NCBI GenBank assembly: GCA_964016885.1
Contig: OZ024740.1
Span: 360,716,001-360,780,000 of the forward strand
DNA length: 64,000 nt
Direction of reading: 5' to 3'
Source: Eledone cirrhosa
Lineage: Eukaryota
The translations under genes and the position numbers were made by a program. How positions within the stretch are numbered: the stretch's first letter is position 1; every line of letters begins with the position of its first letter. The notes below the pieces were generated by a model. That model had not been told where the DNA came from, ran no database searches, and saw nothing but the letters and a program-made list of their open reading frames with translations. Below are positions 12,806-27,559 of this stretch, one piece after another.

Positions 12806-12875
12806 TAGATTTGAACTCAGACCATAAAGGGCCGTAACTCTGCTGCAAAGCATGGCGTCCGACCCTCTACCGATA

Positions 12876-15800
12876 TAATATAATAATAATAATAATAATA
12901 ATGAAATTATTGTGTAAAGTGCTCAGGTGCACTACAACTCGTCAAAGGTGCATGTATAGTACATAGAATAATACACAAATGTCAGGGAAGTGAATAGTAT
13001 ATGAGTCATGATATACATGTGTGTATGTGTATGGAGGGGGAACATTAGGTGTAGTGTTGGCGAATCTCAGGAAGCATGAAGGTTTTAAAGGATGCAGTGT
13101 CTCGGCAGCTAACAACTGATGCAGGTAGTTTGTTCCATGCTTCAGCAACTCTGAGCATGAAAAAATGTTTCCGAAAGTCAGGGGAACTGTGCTGTTTTCT
13201 GACTTTGTGGGCATGCCCACGTGTGTTAGACACATGGAAATCAAAAAGGTACTCAGGGTTGTTGTTGGCAAGATGGTTAATAATCTTGTGGGTGTTTACC
13301 AAGTCAGTTGCCAGGCGTCAGAGCTTCGATGTATCCATGCCCAGGGAAGCAAGGCGTTCAGAGTATGGTAGATGCCTGATGGAGGGTATTCGCTTGGTTG
13401 CACGTCTCTGAACAGTTTCCAGGCGGTCAATGTTCTGAGCAAGATAGGGGTTCCAGACTGGTGATGCAAATTCTAAGTGTGGCCGCACCATAGCCATGTA
13501 CAGCCTTAAATAAATAGCTGGAGAGTGGCTGACAAAGGTCTTGCTGAGTGATGCTAAGACACCCTCGGCCCTCTTGACAATTTTAGAGACGTGCTTCGTC
13601 CAACGCAAATCGCTGCTGACCGTAATGCCCAGGTCACGTTCACAAGAAGACTTCTTGATATTAGTGCTGTGGAGGGAGTATGTGGACACTGGGTTTTTAC
13701 TCCCAGAATGCATGGTGGTGCACTTGTCCACAGCTAGCTTGAGTTGCCAGTCTGAGAACCATTGTTGCATTGTGTCCAGGTCAGACTGCAAGCAAGATCT
13801 ATAGTGTTTAGGATCTATCCTTTTTATCTCAAGGTACAGCTTGATGTCATCTGCGTACTTTAGTACTGTGGCATTCTTTAAGTTGGCATCTATGTCATTA
13901 ATATATGCCACAAACAAAAGGGGGCCAAGAACAGATCCCTGTGGTACACCAGATGACATCTCATATGGTGAGGAATGCTGTCCCAGCTGAGAATGAAGGA
14001 CTTCAACCAGTTAAAAAGATCATCCTTCACACCAATTGCAGAGAGTTTTGCCATAAGCCTTTTGTGTGGCACAGAATTGAAAGCTTTCGCAAAGTCAAGG
14101 TAAACAACATCCACCCATGAGCCGCCATCAGTGATCCGGGTGATATCTTCAAGAAACTCGATAAGTTGATCACAGCAGCTGGAGTTGGGGATAAATCCAA
14201 ATTGCGCGGGCTGGATAAGACTGTGAGAGTTCCAGAAGTTCCAAAGTGTTTCTCTGACTCAGGATTCCATCAGTTTGGCAATGCAACTAGTAAGTCTGAC
14301 TGGACGATAGTTCACAGGTGATGTGCGGTCACCCTTTTTGAACAGAGGAATGACACTGGCAGTTTTCCACTGTTCTGGAGTAGCACCGTTGTTCAGACAG
14401 AATTGGAAGAAGCGTGACAGCTGATGCAGAAGGAAGTACCCACCGCGTTTAAGAAGCAGGTACATAACACCATCAAGACCAGGAGAGGCATGGATGCGTT
14501 TATTTTTTAGGTGACGTCGCAGCATTGCAGGTGTAAATTCCATGGTGTCATAGGTGGTGGAGACGGTACACTCTGGTCTTCAATAGTGAAAATGCCTGCA
14601 TAGCATTCAGCAATGAGCTCTACGCATTCCTTGGGGGCATCAGTAACCTGGCTTGTGTGGGGATTGTGAAGAGGACCAACTGGAGAGTGAGGCCTCTGCT
14701 TTGAGTGAACATATTTCCAGAACACCTTACTGTCAGGGCTCGTTGCTATGCGCTGTTCAAATTGAAGCACTGCCTTTTTTGTCACCTATTTGAGGTGGTT
14801 GGACGATTTATTTCGCCTCTTCCTATTGATGTCTGATTTGTGCAGTTTGTACTCACGTTCAGCATTACAACATTCTTTTCTGGCAAGACGGAATGCTGCA
14901 GTCTCCCAAATTGCACTTTTGGGATATTTTTTCTGCTAACGTGGCACCGACGCTGCACATGCTGTCCATATTGACCTCAGGATGTTCTGGAGTACAGTGT
15001 TGACATCTCCAGAGTCGTAGAACTCAAGCCAGTTTGGACGTTGCAGCTCGGTGCAGTAACAGTTCCAGTCTGCTTTATTCCAGTCAAAGTGAGCAGTTTG
15101 GAGATGGTTGTGATTCTTGTTACTGCCCATAGTATGATCAGAGTCGCCTAAAGGTTCCTCAGTAGTAACACTAATAACCATTTCAGGAGTAGTGGTGAAG
15201 ATCAGGTCCAAAGTGTTGTCACCTCTTGTTGGGGAGGTGACTACTTGGGACCAATTCGAGTCCAGCACTAGCTCAAGGAAGTCGTTTGCACTTGGCGGCC
15301 AACGAAAGGTTTCCCAGTCAATCTCAGGGTGATTGAAGTCTCCTGCAATAAAAACATAAGTGGCTGTTTTCCTGGAAGCAGCTCTGAGGATATCACAAAG
15401 TTGAGTCTCCTGATGGTAATTTGGGGGACGGTAAACAACTCCAAGTAGCAGTGTTGACATGGTCATACGTATATCGCAGAAAAAAACTTCTTGCTGTGAT
15501 TGGTTCAAATCAACACAAGGAATTGCCGACAAATTTGACTGAATGTAGACCATTACACCACCACCACAACGATTAATGCAGTCTTTACGAAACAGGTTGT
15601 AGCCAGTTATGCTGAAAACCCCATCACAGAGTAAGGGATGTGCCCAAGTTTCCGTGATTGTAATGAAGTCAGGGTTGATACTTTTGACGTAGGAGTCAAA
15701 AAGATGAATCTTATTGCATAGACTACGAGCATTGATTCCAGTATATGATTATGTGCAGAGGATGGCAGATTGTTCTGATTTAGTTTCCCAGAGTTTTTTC

Positions 15801-15879
15801 CGTTTTTTGTTGTGGGTACAGTGTTTTCAGACCAGCTGCTATCTCTTTTCCATGTTTCGCCAGCCTTAACAAACTTCCA
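12876..15879 (-). mobile_element. CR1-clade LINE (APE endonuclease + RT), inserted into a SINE
   Basis: NARSLCNK, VYRPP, GDFNHP, LDLIF, SDH (APE); DFAKAF, GVPQGSVLGPLLF, YADD, RPHLEFASPVWNP (RT). (TTA)n tail at ~12877-12903. The SINE halves ...ctctaccGATA and GATActgccaatccacc flank it. Confidence 0.92.
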
Positions 15880-15899
15880 GATACTGCCAATCCACCAAC

Positions 15900-16085
15900 G
15901 AAAATTATTGTGTACAGTACTCAGGTACACTACTACTCATCAAAGGTGCATGTATAGTATATAGAATAATGTACAAATGTCAGAAAAGTGAACAGTGTAT
16001 GAGTCATGATATACACACAGATACATGCATGCATGTGTATGGAGAGGGAATATCAGGTGTAGTGTTGGCAAATTTCAGGAAGAAT
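15900..16085 (-). mobile_element. CR1 3'-end fragment (similar fragments at ~2250-2400 + and ~58545-58750 -)
   Basis: Matches the 3' UTR of the CR1 at 12904-13080. Confidence 0.75.
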
Positions 16086-17956
16086 AGAAGTTTCAATTGC
16101 CTTGTTAATTCAAATGTCCATAGTATATTTACTAGTAAACAGAGTGATGTGAAAATTTCCAGTATTAGAATAAAAACTCTAATGTTTAATGTAATGCAGT
16201 CATATATAGAGTTCTTTTGTTTAGTACTTTTCCAGAACGGCTTGTTGATATGGTTTCATGGATAGGACAGTATGAGTTTAATATGAAGACGGTAAAGAAA
16301 TACTGATACACAAACAGTTACTAGTTAGGAACAAAGTTGTACTTGTTGCTATAGTAGTAGTTAGAGGTTATTGTTGTTGTTGCTGTTGATGTTGTTGTCA
16401 CTGTTGTTGTTACTATAGTAGTAGCAGACCTATTTTTTACAGCTGACCAATCAAATGGTCAGGAACTAACACTGTCATAAACAACAATAACACCAACACC
16501 AACATTACCAGCACCACCACCATCACTACAATGGGATGGAAAAATTAGAGGCATGAAGCATTAGCTGGCTATAGACAGTGTGGTATGGTGGTAAGTGCGA
16601 GAATAAAGGGCATGTTGCATTGGTTCTGATATTAAATTGATACGTACATGTGTGTATCTGTGTGATGAGGTAACTATGGATTTATGCAGGTATTTAAGTA
16701 GATATCAATAAATATGTGGATGTGAAGCATAGCTAGCAGGATTATATATATATATATATATCATCTTGCCTGATTACTTTGTGAGTAAATACACAGGAGA
16801 AACTCAAGAGCAACAAGACTCAAACTTGGCCTAAATAAAGAATATAACACAAGGAATACACATGCATGGGAAGATATATGCAAAGCATGGTGACAGTGTC
16901 ACCAAAGATCTTGACAAAATAGCAACATGCTCACACTTCTACTCTATAAAAAAAAACCATAAAAACAAATAACAAAACAGACATCTTAGATAAGGCTATT
17001 TCACACCTATATTTTAAATTAATTACTCGTCATTACTTTTCCCCCAGTTCTCTGTATTTTTCGATATTTTTCATTTACTTATTTCAATGTTTTTTAAATG
17101 TCTTCTCATTAACTAACAGCGTCAAGCTACATGGCTCTATTGTCTTCACCCTCCCCCTATTTACCACCTTCTGGTTAGCTGTTTTGCAAACATTGCCTTA
17201 CACTGCCCCTTATTTCCACAACCTTTCCACCAGTTGCTTTCCACACTTACCCTCTTTCCAAAACAGATCGTGTTATGCACAAGGTTCAGTACTGCCAACT
17301 GGCCAGACTCTCCTCATATGAAGACCACTCAGTTCCACACTGTAAAAATATGGTTGCAGTAACGAAGGGCATCCAGCCAAAACACAGTTGCTGCTATGTG
17401 CAAGGTTCAACACAGCCAACTGGCCAGACTTTCCTCATAATGGGATCACCCAGATATGGATCCACAATGGGCAGGGTATGGCGCGGTAAACTAGCCAGAC
17501 GCTCCTTATAATGGGGCCACCCAGTTCCACACTGTAAACATGGTTGGTGTTAAGGATATCCAGCAGCTGTAAAAACCCAACCAAATTAGAAGGCAGTATG
17601 TTAGAATTTTACCACATTCTAATTATTATGTAATACCTGTTATATGTATTTCAATGGTATCTGCTATGTCATCCTCAGATTCAGACATTTCATTTCATCA
17701 TTTCATTTTACGTCCGCTTTTTCCCTGCTTGCAAGTGTGGGACGGGAACTAACGCTGGCTTGATTTCTACAGCTGGATGCCCTTCCTAACACCAACCTCA
17801 TTTACAGTGAGTGCTGGGTGCTTTTTTGCCGTGGCACCTCCACGACCACTTTGCAGTGGTATGATATGGACCCCAGTCCCTATCATCTCGTTTCTACAGC
17901 TGAGTAAACTGGAGCAATGTGAAATAAAGTGTCTTGCTCAAGGAAACAACACATCA

Positions 17957-18293
17957 TGGCTCAGTGGTTAGAACATTGGCCTTGCAATCAAAAGATTGTG
18001 AGTTCAATCCTCAGACCGGGTGATGTGTTGTTTCCTTGAGCAAGACACTTTATTTCACATTGCTCCAGTTTACTTAGCTGTAGAAATGAGATGATAGGGA
18101 CTGGGGTTCATATCATTCCACTGCAAAGTGGTCGTGGAGGTGCCACGGCAAAAAAGCACCCAGTACTCACTGTAAATGAGGTTGGTGTTAGGAAGGGCAT
18201 CCAGCTGTAGAAATCAAGCCATAATCAGTTCCCGTCCCACCCTTGCAAGCAGGGAAAAGCGGACGTAAAATGAAATGATGATGATGATGATGA
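17957..18293 (+). mobile_element. tRNA-head SINE with RTE-type tail, preceded by inverted headless copy (17696-17956)
   Basis: TGGCTCAGTGG / GAGTTCAATCC pol III boxes, TCCTTGAGCAAGACACTT core, GGAAGGGCATCCAGC..GGACGTAAAA(TGA)n tail shared with the RTE 3' ends. Confidence 0.85.
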
Positions 18294-18394
18294 TATATAT
18301 ATAGTAATAATAATAATAAATTTGAAGACTAAAATCCAAAGAGGGCTCGATAAGGATAAATATATATCAAATATATAAGAATCGTAGAGCAAAT

Positions 18395-19963
<1,569 letters not shown>

Positions 19964-20183
19964 TATATATATGTGTATATATTCCTTTGTCAGTGTTGAA
20001 CAAACGAGCAACGATGGTTGCTAGACACTACGGCTTAATACGGGATGTTTGTTTACAAACACACCGAGCATTATAATAAATGTTCGGTGAATCCATACGT
20101 ACATATATATATGTGTGCATGTATGTATATATATATACATACTACTGTACGTCTGTATACATATATGTATGTACGTGTACATA

Positions 20184-20233
<50 letters not shown>

Positions 20234-20273
20234 CGATATTAACAAATGGAAACTATATTTATAAAACCATATC

Positions 20274-20338
20274 TATTTTATTATACATATTTCAAGGATA
20301 CCATGTTAAATTATGGTATGCTTTCATCAGACAAAATA
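20274..20338 (-). ncRNA. Minimal type I hammerhead ribozyme
   Basis: Minus strand reads TATTTTGT-CTGATGA-AAGCATACCAT...ATGGTATCCTT-GAAA-TATGTA-TA-ATAAAATA. Stems I and II pair; stem III is near-palindromic. Confidence 0.8.
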
Positions 20339-21023
20339 CAATATATACCAGTTTTATAAATAAATTTTGACATACCCTTTCAAAATGCGACCGTTACTTT
20401 TGGAAGACATCAGGGATATTGGATTTGTTTATCTTGAAAGGGTATGTCAAAATTTATTTATAAAACAATGTATGAAACAATCTCACGTGTAGCATGCATG
20501 CGTGTCTTATTTATACAGGATTAGAGTGCGGCAGTTTTACAACTATTTTTCCATGCTTGCATGGGTTAGACATGTCCTCTCCAGCACAGCATTTCTGTAT
20601 TTGTCTCTTTCTTTTGTCATCTCCATTGAAAGGTTCAGTATCTTAAGATCAGCGATCAGCTTTTACCACTTCTGCCCATGTCTTTCTTTGCCTTCCTCTT
20701 CCATGGCTTCTTTCCACTTGGAAATCCTACCATTTATTTACCTAATGATCACCATCCATAGGCATTATGTGCCTGTACCTTCTTTCCTATACACTACATG
20801 ATAAATTTTGACCCAGTTTTTCTCACATCTTAGTTGTGCTTTGTCATTCACACTAACATTACACAGATATACATATATTTATATAATATATTAGAAAAAG
20901 AGATGGATCAATGATATAAAGTTCTTTTAAAGATTTTCTTAACAGCTACCATCTCTGTATCCCCCTCTCTCATTCTCTTTTCTCTCTCTCCTCTACATAT
21001 ATGCACGTGTGTGTTTGTATGTG

Positions 21024-21062
<39 letters not shown>

Positions 21063-21162
21063 GTGTCAATGTGAGTGTGTGTATGTGTGTGTGTCATTGT
21101 GCAAGTGTATGTACATGTGTTTGTGAATCTGTGTATGAGTCAATGTGTGTGTGCATGTATAT

Positions 21163-21202
<40 letters not shown>

Positions 21203-21500
21203 ATGTGTGTCACGTGTGTTCATATGCCCATTAAAATGATAGACCACATGCTGGTCAGCAAGGAGGAAGAAAGACAGTAACACAGAATGAAAGAAAAAAA
21301 TGAAAGTAAGAAAGAAATATATTAACAATAGATTTGACCTCCATTTCTGATCTAACAATAAAAAATTTAAGGCCAAGATAGTATTAAAATTAAACCTATC
21401 ATTAATTGAACAAAGAATTTGCAGTATCTCTCACATGGAGCAGATATTGAGTTTCATAAGACTGTTGTATGTCAAATAGTATCTTAGTGGAATCAACAGG

Positions 21501-21735
21501 TTAACCCTTTAGCATTTACATTACTCTATATATTATTGTATTTTCATGGCAAAGGCTTTGCCTTACATAATTATCTCACATAATATCAAATCTGTGAGAT
21601 TTTGATATTATTTATTTTGAAAACAATACCTTAACATAAGTATGAGTAGCCAGTCATGGCTAGTTTAAACAGAAAGAGGTGGGAGAATTCTGGCCTAATA
21701 TGGCCAGTTTAAATGCTAAAGTGCTAAAGGATTAA
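21501..21735. mobile_element. piggyBac-type MITE (other copies 10681-10909, 56626-56838)
   Basis: TTAA-CCCTTTAGCATTT...GCTAAAGG(A/G)-TTAA ends; three homologous ~220-bp copies in the window. Confidence 0.7.
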
Positions 21736-23577
21736 GGTGGCAGATTTAGCAATGGTGTTAGAGCATTGGATATTTGTCCTGAGTCCATTGATATTTGTCC
21801 TGAGTTCAAATCCTGTCAATGTCCATTTTTGCCTTTCATTCTTTTGAGCTCAGTAAAGGAAATATCAGCTCCATGCTTGGGAGAGTCAATCCTGGATGTT
21901 CTGCTGGATTAAAGGAGCAAGGGTCGAGAGTGTTTCTGTGCCTGCTCATAACTGCATGAGCACATAAAACCTTTAGCTAAACCGTGGTGCATACTACCAA
22001 GTCATACTCGATTGTGTTGTAATTAACAATCAATAGGTGATAACTTAGAATTTCTCCAGGTGCACATACATCTTACATGAATTTAGATAATGTGGTTTTG
22101 TACATATGCAGTCAGAAGATTTTTTTTTTTTAATTAAGAAAAAAGCTGTAAAACTCTTATTGTCCTGTTCCACATATAACTCTGTATCACCTAATGTAAA
22201 GGGAAAAAACTCCAACCCTTTTTCTGTCATTCTTTTCCTGAGTTGTTTCAATCTTCAGAGAATCTTAGTTTGCCTTCTCCAAAACATTAACGTACAGAGG
22301 TAGATTCTTGAACATACACAGACATAGTTGTGTGGTTAAGGAGATCACTTCAGTTCACATGGTTTCATGTTCATTCTTATACTACAGATATAATATACAG
22401 ACATAATTCTACACCCTCAGCAGTTAATACAGTACACACCTCAGGAACATAGAGATACATCTGGTGTTGCAGCAGCAATAACTTGCATGAACTTGTTGAA
22501 TTCAGGATTACGATGAGGATAATAATTGTTTCTACTTTTGGCACAAGGCCAGTAATTGGTACTTTATTTTATCAACCCCGTAAGGATGAAAGGCAAAGTT
22601 AACCTTGATAGGATTTGAACTCAGACAGTAAAGGGACGTAATTATGCTGGAAAGCATGGCGTCCGACGCTCTTCTGATACAGCCAATTCACCACCTATGA
22701 TGAGGATAATAATACCTAACCATGACAATCAACTATGTCCTGTATATTTTAACCCTCTTGATACTAAACCATCTGGTGGCTGGCTTGCCTCAAAAATTAT
22801 TAGAGAGGTTTTCCAGTGCTCCTCGCAATATCATTATCTTTTGTTCAGGCAGCAGTTCGTTTGTCCACCCCTTTTGCCTGCCTTCTGTTGTATATGGTCC
22901 TAGATGTATTTATTACCTGCTTATGTGTTTTATTTTACTTTTTTCTTTTACTTTTTGTTTCTTTTTTCTTTTTATTTATAATATTATGATGATGGTTATG
23001 TTAACAAATAAAATCTTTAATTTATTCTAAAAAAAGAAAACTGAAATTACTCCTGGTTCAATGACAAAATGTTTTTGAAGTGTTTATATTTATCTAAAAA
23101 CCTTTAAGTTATATTCCAAACACAGTCTTAGTCATGAGAAAGTTATATAATTAAATTCCTCAAATTTCTTGATTATTTTCAAATTGATTTGAAAATAATA
23201 GGCAGTGTCTTTCATTAGAAATTTGTTACCACCAGTAACAAATGACTGTTTGTTTTAAAGTGTTTATTGTTTACCTAAAAATCTTCCATCATAATTTTAT
23301 ACAAAAATCTTTGTTAAATTATACTAAAAAACTAGCTTAATAATGAGAAAGTTATTTATATCACTAAATCCTTTTAAATTCTTGATTATTTTTTAAATTA
23401 TTTGAAAATTGTAAACTGTCTTTCATTAGAAATATTGTTACAAATGGATTAAAGTATGTTTACTTATAGTATAAGCTTTATATTAGGCTACTATTATGTT
23501 GATGTAGTTAACCATTTTGGTTTAAAAAATAATTTAAAAAAACACTATAATGCAAAAAATAAAGATACAAATAAGTA

Positions 23578-23745
23578 CCATATTTCCTGGTGTCGAAGAC
23601 GTTATTTTTTCCCAAAAATAAGTCTAAAAAATCTACCATGCGTCCTGGAGGCCAGAGGTTGTTTATTATTTTTTTTCAGATTTTTGGTTGTCAAAATTAG
23701 GGTGCATCCTCGAGGATGAAGTGTCTTCGGTGCCGGGAAATACGG
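23578..23745. mobile_element. pogo/Tc2-type MITE
   Basis: TA-CCATATTTCCTGGTGTCGAAGAC ... GTCTTCGGTGCCGGGAAATACGG-TA terminal inverted repeats. Confidence 0.7.
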
Positions 23746-25984
23746 TATATAAAATATATATCAAAGCGGCAGCATTCGGAATTACCGTTTTGATTAGGTT
23801 CACACTCTCATATGCAAACTGATTCAATTCTTCTACACATCTTATATGGGGTACTTTATCTTTTAGTTTACATTGAAAAGATACATGGCTCCAAATATTT
23901 CTGTTTCAAGATAAACAGACAAGCTGAACTTTCCAGATCTCTAGACTGTACTATCGATGTGACCAACATTTTTAACACCAACAGTTTTTATACTAAATCT
24001 TGTTTCATGATGATGTTGTGTAGCTAACCATAGTTCTGCATTCTCTAAGCAATACAGTTTATTAAATACAACGTTTTCTTTTTACATAAATTTATTTATG
24101 CTCACCTTAAACTTCTATATTTTGGAGGAGGTTTAAGAGAATTTCCAAACTGGATCCACAATGAGATCAATGACACTTAAGCTATTTATGTACATAGTCA
24201 TTAGGTTTCCACATTACAATTGGAGGACTGTGAAGTTAAATAAACATGTGGTTGCTCTTATGGTTAATTAACAGTCTAGATCTTATATCTGTCACAATGT
24301 TTTATACTACTAAAGCCCTGTGAGATCTCAGAACAGCTGCATGGAATTACTTTTCAGGTTTCGCAGAATATTACCTGTCGTAGTTTAGAAAGTTTCTGAA
24401 TGCTGCAATTTTTTTTTTAATAGCAATCTCACACATTTGTAAAGGAAGTCTCTTTTATTTTCTGGGTTTATCTTAGTTGGCCACATATCGAACTCTAAAG
24501 TGCTCAGCTTAAAACTTATCTATGGTATAGAGTAAAAATATCTGGCCACAGCTTTGTTGATTTATGAGAAGTTGTTGATGAAACTAGTTAAAAACTGACC
24601 ATGTTTGAGTGAAGCATTCTTGTTATTGTCTGTCAGTGTCATTGATGACATTTTCTGCTTCTAAGACTTTTTTTTACCTGATCAGTGTGTGTGTATGTGT
24701 GTGTATATGGTTTTATGTATGTGTGTTTAGGTGTGAGTGATATATGTATGTATCTAACTATATTTTCAATTTCATACAGAGATAAATCAAGAGAAATGTC
24801 TGCATGTGAATAAGTTGGATATAAAACAAACAATAATAAATGTTTGACCAGATAAATATATGTTCATACACAACACATATGAAAAGATAAATATATGTTC
24901 ATACACAACACATATGAAAAGATAAATATATGTTCATACAAAACACATCTATGAAAAGGTGGATATAAATTCATACAAAACACACACATTAAGACAATGT
25001 GTTGATAGATTTAGAAAATATATTCTTTAACATATATTCTTATCAGATAATAAAACAATGGTCCTTATGAAAAAGAAAAAGAAGCAGGAGCGGTGAGTAG
25101 AGAAAAAGAGAGGGAAATTGATAAGTATTATGTATATGAAAGAACTCCCTAATATATTTATTTATTCTATCTAACTATTTATCTATCTTCATATATAAAT
25201 ACATGGACAAACCAAATGTGAAGTCTGTATGTGTATATTGATAACCAGACAAAAACCTTGTATCAAGAGACTCAAAGTAAACTTAGCAAAGTCTAAAGTT
25301 TTAGTAAGTCAGAAAGACACCATTTCCTATCAAGGAAATGGCCTTGCACAATATGTAGAGAAAGAGAAGGGTGCTCAAGTGGTGTAGTGGGACTGTTGGC
25401 ATGCTAGCAGAAAAGATACTTCGTGTGTGGTAGAAGCACAGTAATAATTAGTAGTAAGAGCACCAATGAAATAAATTTATTCCAATGAAGAGAAAGCTCC
25501 TTAGAGGTAGATGATAGCTTTTGTTACTTTTGTTACCTAAGTGACCTAATTTGCAGTGGAGAGCGTTGTCCTGAAAGTATAGTAGCTAGAATAAGAACAG
25601 GATGATACCTGCATGATAAATACACTGTTGTAGTGTATGTAAAGGCTGAAGAGAAATGAAGCAAGCATGCTTCATTAGTTGTGTAATGCTAATATGTATG
25701 GACAAAACTTGGATATGTTGAGAGAAAAACTGAGAATTATAGGAATTAGATATTGCATGCAGGTACAGACATGTAATGCATAAGGATGATGATTGGTGGG
25801 TGAAAAAGTGCCAGAAATTCCAAGTGGAAGGAAGCAAGGATGAGGAAAACCAAAAAAGAGCAAAGATGCTAAAAGCTGACCTCAAGAAACTACAAAGTAG
25901 ATGACAAAGGAAAAAGACTAATGAAAAGGACTTACCCATGCAAGCATGGAAAAATGGATGTAAAAGCAATGGTGATGATATATG

Positions 25985-26028
<44 letters not shown>

Positions 26029-26130
26029 AGAATTAGCCGTCGAAACGGCTTGAGCTCAGCCGTCGGGGTCTTACTTGTTCCTATATATATATATATGAAT
26101 AAAATGGGGGGCTGTGTGGTTGCAATTAAG

Positions 26131-26394
26131 TATAATGAAAATAAAAGTTATGGGCGAAAGAAGGTAATATCGATTGTCAGTTGTGAAGCAGCATTGCTTC
26201 ACCCTTCGTGTCTGTTTACATTTTTTTCTTTCTCCCCCCCCCCCCCTTTTTTTTATCCAAATAACTTATTTTAGTTATTGCTCGCCCTAGGCTGAGGTAT
26301 CTTGTCTCTAACGCAAAGAAATACCTATGATTCCTAGCAGACAACTGACGATGGATATTACCCTCTTTCGCCCGTAACTTTTATTTCCATTATA
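26131..26394. mobile_element. MITE-like element with ~55-bp TIRs
   Basis: TATAATGAAAATAAAAGTTATGGGCGAAAG..TGTCAGTTGT is inverted at 26341-26394. Confidence 0.65.
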
Positions 26395-26419
26395 TATATA
26401 TATATATCTATATATATAT

Positions 26420-27408
26420 CAAATTGTAGAAATCTTATAACGAAACGGCTGTCTGGAAGAAATGAGATATTTATTTAATAATGTCTCATATAAAATAATA
26501 CAACCAATTATCCACGAAATACTGATTAGTTAGCACCCCAAACACTAAATTGGGATAATACTTAAGTATATCCTAATGTTTGTTGAGTGAGATGGAGTTG
26601 GTCGGAGTATCGCCTAAGGCTTTCTCTGTTTATGTATTGAATATATACTCTTGGGAGCCTGATGTGGATTCCAGATATAAGGTATGACTCTCTTTATTAT
26701 TATTATTTTTTTATATGAAATACTGATTGATCTTTCTTGTATCCCATGTCTGATTTAACCTTAGAGAATAGCTATGTGTGTATATGGGTGATCCATACAT
26801 ATATTTATTATGTTTTAATATCTCTGTGTATGCATTGGTTGTGTATACATGTGGTTATTCTTTTAAATTTCCAATTGAGTTCTTATACACGTGGTTAATA
26901 CCTAACTGGTTTAATTGACCAGCGTGTATATTGTTTTATTTTAAGATGACCTCCCTTTACCCTTTTGTGGACAGCGTGTATTTTTTCTTTGGGAGAACTG
27001 CTGGATTCTAATCTACCAGTCTCTTCTTAGCGCTGAGGGTGACCATCACCATTCTGTTAATGTCGATATAATTCTAATATCGTTATTAATTGGGCATCCA
27101 CTGATGAGTTTATATTTATAAGAGCCCGCTTGTGTATAAAACTATGGATTATATACAAGTTTCTACATAACCTGGAAATTATTTATCCCAAATTGTAGAA
27201 ATCTTATAACGAAACGGCCATCTGGAAGAAATGAGATATTTATTTAATAATGTCTCATATAAAATAATACAACCAATTATCCACGAAATACTGATTAGTT
27301 GGCACCCCAAACACTAAATTGGGATAATACTTAAGTATATCCTAATGTTTGTTGAGTGAGATGGAGTTGGTCGGAGTATCGCTTAAGGCTTTCTCTGTTT
27401 ATGCATTG
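26420..27408 (+). mobile_element. Retrozyme / Penelope pLTR-like non-coding element, 1.3 copies of a 769-nt unit
   Basis: 220-bp direct repeat at 26420-26639 and 27189-27408 (5 transitions), period 769. The repeat spans the hammerhead cleavage site. Flanked on both sides by (TA)n. No ORF. Confidence 0.7.
27097..27226 (+). ncRNA. Type I hammerhead ribozyme with ~100-nt branched stem II
   Basis: TCCA-CTGATGA-[G...C, 27108-27210]-GAAA-CGGCCA-TC-TGGA. Stem I is TCCA/TGGA. The sister copy at 26442-26457 reads GAAACGGCTGTCTGGA, giving consensus GAAACGGCCGTC with palindromic stem III. Confidence 0.75.
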
Positions 27409-27488
27409 TATATATATATATATATATATATGTTGATTTAACACTTCAATGCTCGCAAGTGTTTTTTAAGCTTCATATCATATCTCCC

Positions 27489-27559
27489 TATTTTATCTGA
27501 TGAGAACGCAAATATCATCCCATGATGATATTTGTTTTTGAAATGCGCATAATAAAATA
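27489..27559 (+). ncRNA. Minimal type I hammerhead ribozyme
   Basis: TATTTTAT-CTGATGA-stem II (CAAATATCATC/GATGATATTTG)-GAAA-TGCGCA-TA-ATAAAATA. Perfect 8-bp stem I and palindromic stem III, in a ~165-bp island between (TA)n tracts. Confidence 0.85.

Noticed and set aside
11925-12853. Several 88-167 aa ORFs (poly-Thr, Val, Ser/Gly, Cys-rich)
   Set aside because: Open in multiple frames on both strands purely because of trinucleotide repeats; no splice or domain evidence.
16760-17000. Possible GIY-YIG (YTGET) remnant after a TA tract
   Set aside because: Too short and degraded to assign.
17636-17685. Minus-strand CTGAGGA...GAAATACATATA hammerhead-like string
   Set aside because: Stems I and II pair poorly; may be an old relic but cannot be supported.
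17957-18020. tRNA-like sequences with A and B boxes (also many GAGTTCAAATCC hits)
   Set aside because: These are SINE heads continuing into core and tail; no complete cloverleaf, so not called as tRNA genes.
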